Part shown: positions 61,937-64,000 of the stretch, one piece after another
How positions within the stretch are numbered: position 1 is the first letter of the stretch
How the letters are laid out: every line of letters starts with the position of its first letter
Source: Verrucomicrobiales bacterium
GTDB lineage: Bacteria; Verrucomicrobiota; Verrucomicrobiia; Verrucomicrobiales; V1-33
DNA: 64,000 bases
Reading direction: 5' to 3'
NCBI GenBank assembly: GCA_031411295.1
Contig: JANOAV010000044.1
Span: 5,946 to 69,945, forward strand
The notes under the pieces: generated by a model
What the model saw: only the letters and a program-made list of their open reading frames with translations
Told to the model about the DNA's origin: nothing
The model's database searches: none
Made by a program: the position numbers and the translations under genes

Positions 61937-63856
61937 ATGAAACAACCCATCACACTGCTCCTCTCCCTGCTGCTGTCATCGATAACCGCAATCCACGCAG
62001 CGGATGCAGCCAAGCCCAATGTGGTCTATCTGTTAGCCGATGATCTTGGCTGGAGTGACCTCAGCGTGCATCCGGGCGGCAGCATTCCGACTCCTAATAT
62101 CGATAAACTTTTCAAACAGGGCGTTGAGTTACAGAACTTCATGGGTTGGTGCGTTTGTTCACCAACCCGTGCGATGCTCCTCACAGGCCGCCATCCCTAT
62201 CGGGTCGGCACCGGACCGGAGGTCGGAGGGGAACTGGCGAAGGAGGAAACGACGATTGCCGAGGGATTCAAGGCAAATGGCTATCGCACGGGCGTGTTTG
62301 GCAAATGGCACAATGGCGATGATCCCGACACGCCGGAGTATCGCGCGGCCTTTACCGAGGCGTTCAAGGACATGCCGAATAAGAAAGTTTCCGGTGGATT
62401 CGGGGCGAATGAACACGGCTTCGATGAAGCGTGGATCTATTATGGCGGCGGGGCGGATTACTTCACGCGTCGCACCGTCAGTGGCAGGGGGCCAGTGAGT
62501 TGGTGGCATAATCGGGAGTTCCGCGCGCAGGATGCAGGCTATACGGAGGACTTCATCGTGCAGCATGCCGTGGAGTTCATTCGTGAAAACAAGGCGCGGC
62601 CGTTCTTCTGCTACGTGCCATTTCACATCGTTCATGCGCCGTTGCAGGCCAAGGAATCCGACCTCAAAGACGTGGACCCGAAGGTGACCGATGAAACCAA
62701 ACGAACCTACGCAGCGATGGTGCAGGCCTTGGACAAGAATGTTGGCATCCTCCTCCACGAACTCGACCAACTGGGCCTGCGGGAGAACACCATCGTCGTC
62801 CTAACGAGCGACAACGGTGCGACCAAAGATGGCTGCAATCTCCCGTTCAAAGGCGGCAAGCACAGCGTTTACGAAGGTGGCACGCACCTGCCAACCGTGA
62901 TTCATTGGCCGCAGGGCAAAGTAGCCGAACGCCCATGGAACGGTCTCTGCGGAGCGCTCGATATGTTTCCCACCTTGATGGCGATGGCGGATTTGAAAAT
63001 GCCCGCAACGCGCCCGCTCGATGGCAAGAACATTTGGCCTGCGCTGCGTGAGAACGCCAACAGCCCGGTGGATAGCTACTATTGGACTTGGCGCGATGAG
63101 GACACCATCCGGACGGCAGACTGGCGCATGCATCGTTTCTTCGATCGCAGCGAACTCTTCGACATCCGCACCGACCTTGGCGAAACGAAGAACGTCGCAG
63201 ACGCGCATCCTGACGTCGTGAAATCACTCACCTCCAAGATGACCACCTGGGCGGATTCCTTGGGCGCGGCCCTGAGCCACCAACCAGCCTCCGCCAAGCT
63301 CGATAACAAACCGACGCCTGCAGGAGAAGTGCTCGAAGTCACCGTGACCGTGACGGCACAGGCAAAGCCAAAGGATCAAGTGATCGTGCCCATCGCGAAC
63401 CTTCAAGCCAATCAACTTGCCACTGACTACATCGAGTATGACATCGCCACGGCACCGGATAGCCTGCGTCGGGGCTTCTACTATTCCCCATTCAAAGGCA
63501 ACGACGCGAAATCCATGGCCCTTAATTTCAAACGAGGCGAAGGTATTGACCAGTTCGGTCGCGAGCAATCCACGGGTCCCGAAATCAAAGGCGGCCCGGG
63601 TGTGTGGGAACATCGTGTCATCGGTCTTTGCAGCAGCGCCCCAGGCATCCTGCCTCGTCACGCTCTCGTCTGCAAAGGCGGCAAACCCGGCACCTACAAA
63701 GTTTATTTGGACAACCTCCGCATCCGCCACGCGGACGGCACCACCACTCCAATCTGGACCACTGGCAAAGACACAAAATTCAAAGCCATCCCCGATAGCG
63801 AAATGTTTACCAATGTAAACGTGCGGGCCGTGGCAGCCTCTGATGTTCATCCATAG
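61937..63856 (+). CDS. Cys-type sulfatase with an extra ~190-aa C-terminal beta-rich domain
   Basis: Signal peptide. KPNVVYLLADDLGWSD and CSPTRAMLLTG. The C-terminal domain is unassigned. Confidence 0.88.
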   Translation: MKQPITLLLSLLLSSITAIHAADAAKPNVVYLLADDLGWSDLSVHPGGSIPTPNIDKLFKQGVELQNFMGWCVCSPTRAMLLTGRHPYRVGTGPEVGGELAKEETTIAEGFKANGYRTGVFGKWHNGDDPDTPEYRAAFTEAFKDMPNKKVSGGFGANEHGFDEAWIYYGGGADYFTRRTVSGRGPVSWWHNREFRAQDAGYTEDFIVQHAVEFIRENKARPFFCYVPFHIVHAPLQAKESDLKDVDPKVTDETKRTYAAMVQALDKNVGILLHELDQLGLRENTIVVLTSDNGATKDGCNLPFKGGKHSVYEGGTHLPTVIHWPQGKVAERPWNGLCGALDMFPTLMAMADLKMPATRPLDGKNIWPALRENANSPVDSYYWTWRDEDTIRTADWRMHRFFDRSELFDIRTDLGETKNVADAHPDVVKSLTSKMTTWADSLGAALSHQPASAKLDNKPTPAGEVLEVTVTVTAQAKPKDQVIVPIANLQANQLATDYIEYDIATAPDSLRRGFYYSPFKGNDAKSMALNFKRGEGIDQFGREQSTGPEIKGGPGVWEHRVIGLCSSAPGILPRHALVCKGGKPGTYKVYLDNLRIRHADGTTTPIWTTGKDTKFKAIPDSEMFTNVNVRAVAASDVHP

Positions 63857-64000
63857 GAGTCTAAAGTGGATTCGCTGCGCAGCGCTTCGCTAAATGATGG
63901 CCTCGGTTCTGTTCTGCGTTATCCGGCCCGTGAATCCTCATGGCTCGATGCCCGCGCGGTTGCGTAACAGAAGGACCGATACCGCAGGAAGAATATTGCA

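Noticed and set aside
63873-63884. The palindrome CGCTGCGCAGCG after the last sulfatase gene, considered as a terminator.
   Set aside because: It is a loop-less 12-nt palindrome with no T-tract, so it is not a convincing terminator.

Overview
This is a 64-kb chromosomal window. It looks GC-rich by eye (no count was made) and contains one clearly AT-richer accessory island at about 26.5-31.85 kb. The gene content points to a PVC-group bacterium, Verrucomicrobiota or Planctomycetota. The relevant markers are a PEP-CTERM/exosortase pair, a giant autotransporter-associated beta-strand-repeat protein, a DUF1552/DUF1592-type pair, and an array of five Cys-type sulfatases.

Gene order along the window:
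- Two very large secreted repeat proteins: a 1,109-aa Ig-like repeat protein and a 2,719-aa PATR protein that ends in a PEP-CTERM signal.
- A folA / Tat-msrB / folP block.
- A CarH/LitR-type B12 photoreceptor regulator, divergent from a membrane fatty-acid desaturase.
- S10 and M42 peptidases.
- A helical-repeat protein translationally coupled to an exosortase-EpsI fusion.
- An AT-rich island of RHS-core toxin/immunity cassettes. It holds two complete cassettes and one truncated leader.
- A DUF1552 plus DUF1592-family pair, then mntH, thiG, and sucC with no adjacent sucD.
- A Fic protein with a degenerate active site.
- A lipid-catabolism operon: patatin, PaaK-like ligase, thiolase, FadB/J-like enzyme, acyl-CoA dehydrogenase.
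- A sulfatase locus that embeds an unassigned 900-aa secreted protein.

The most interesting items are:
- the shell-less RHS-core cassette array with a conserved leader;
- the B12-photoreceptor/desaturase pair with tandem 11-bp direct repeats in the shared promoter region;
- three inverted-repeat-bounded ~90-120-nt elements, two of which sit in frame inside coding sequence;
- the unknown 900-aa protein inside the sulfatase cluster.

No rRNA, tRNA, CRISPR array, transposase or integrase was recognised. All calls rest on reading the translated ORFs and the DNA by eye. No database search was run, and start codons are inferred.
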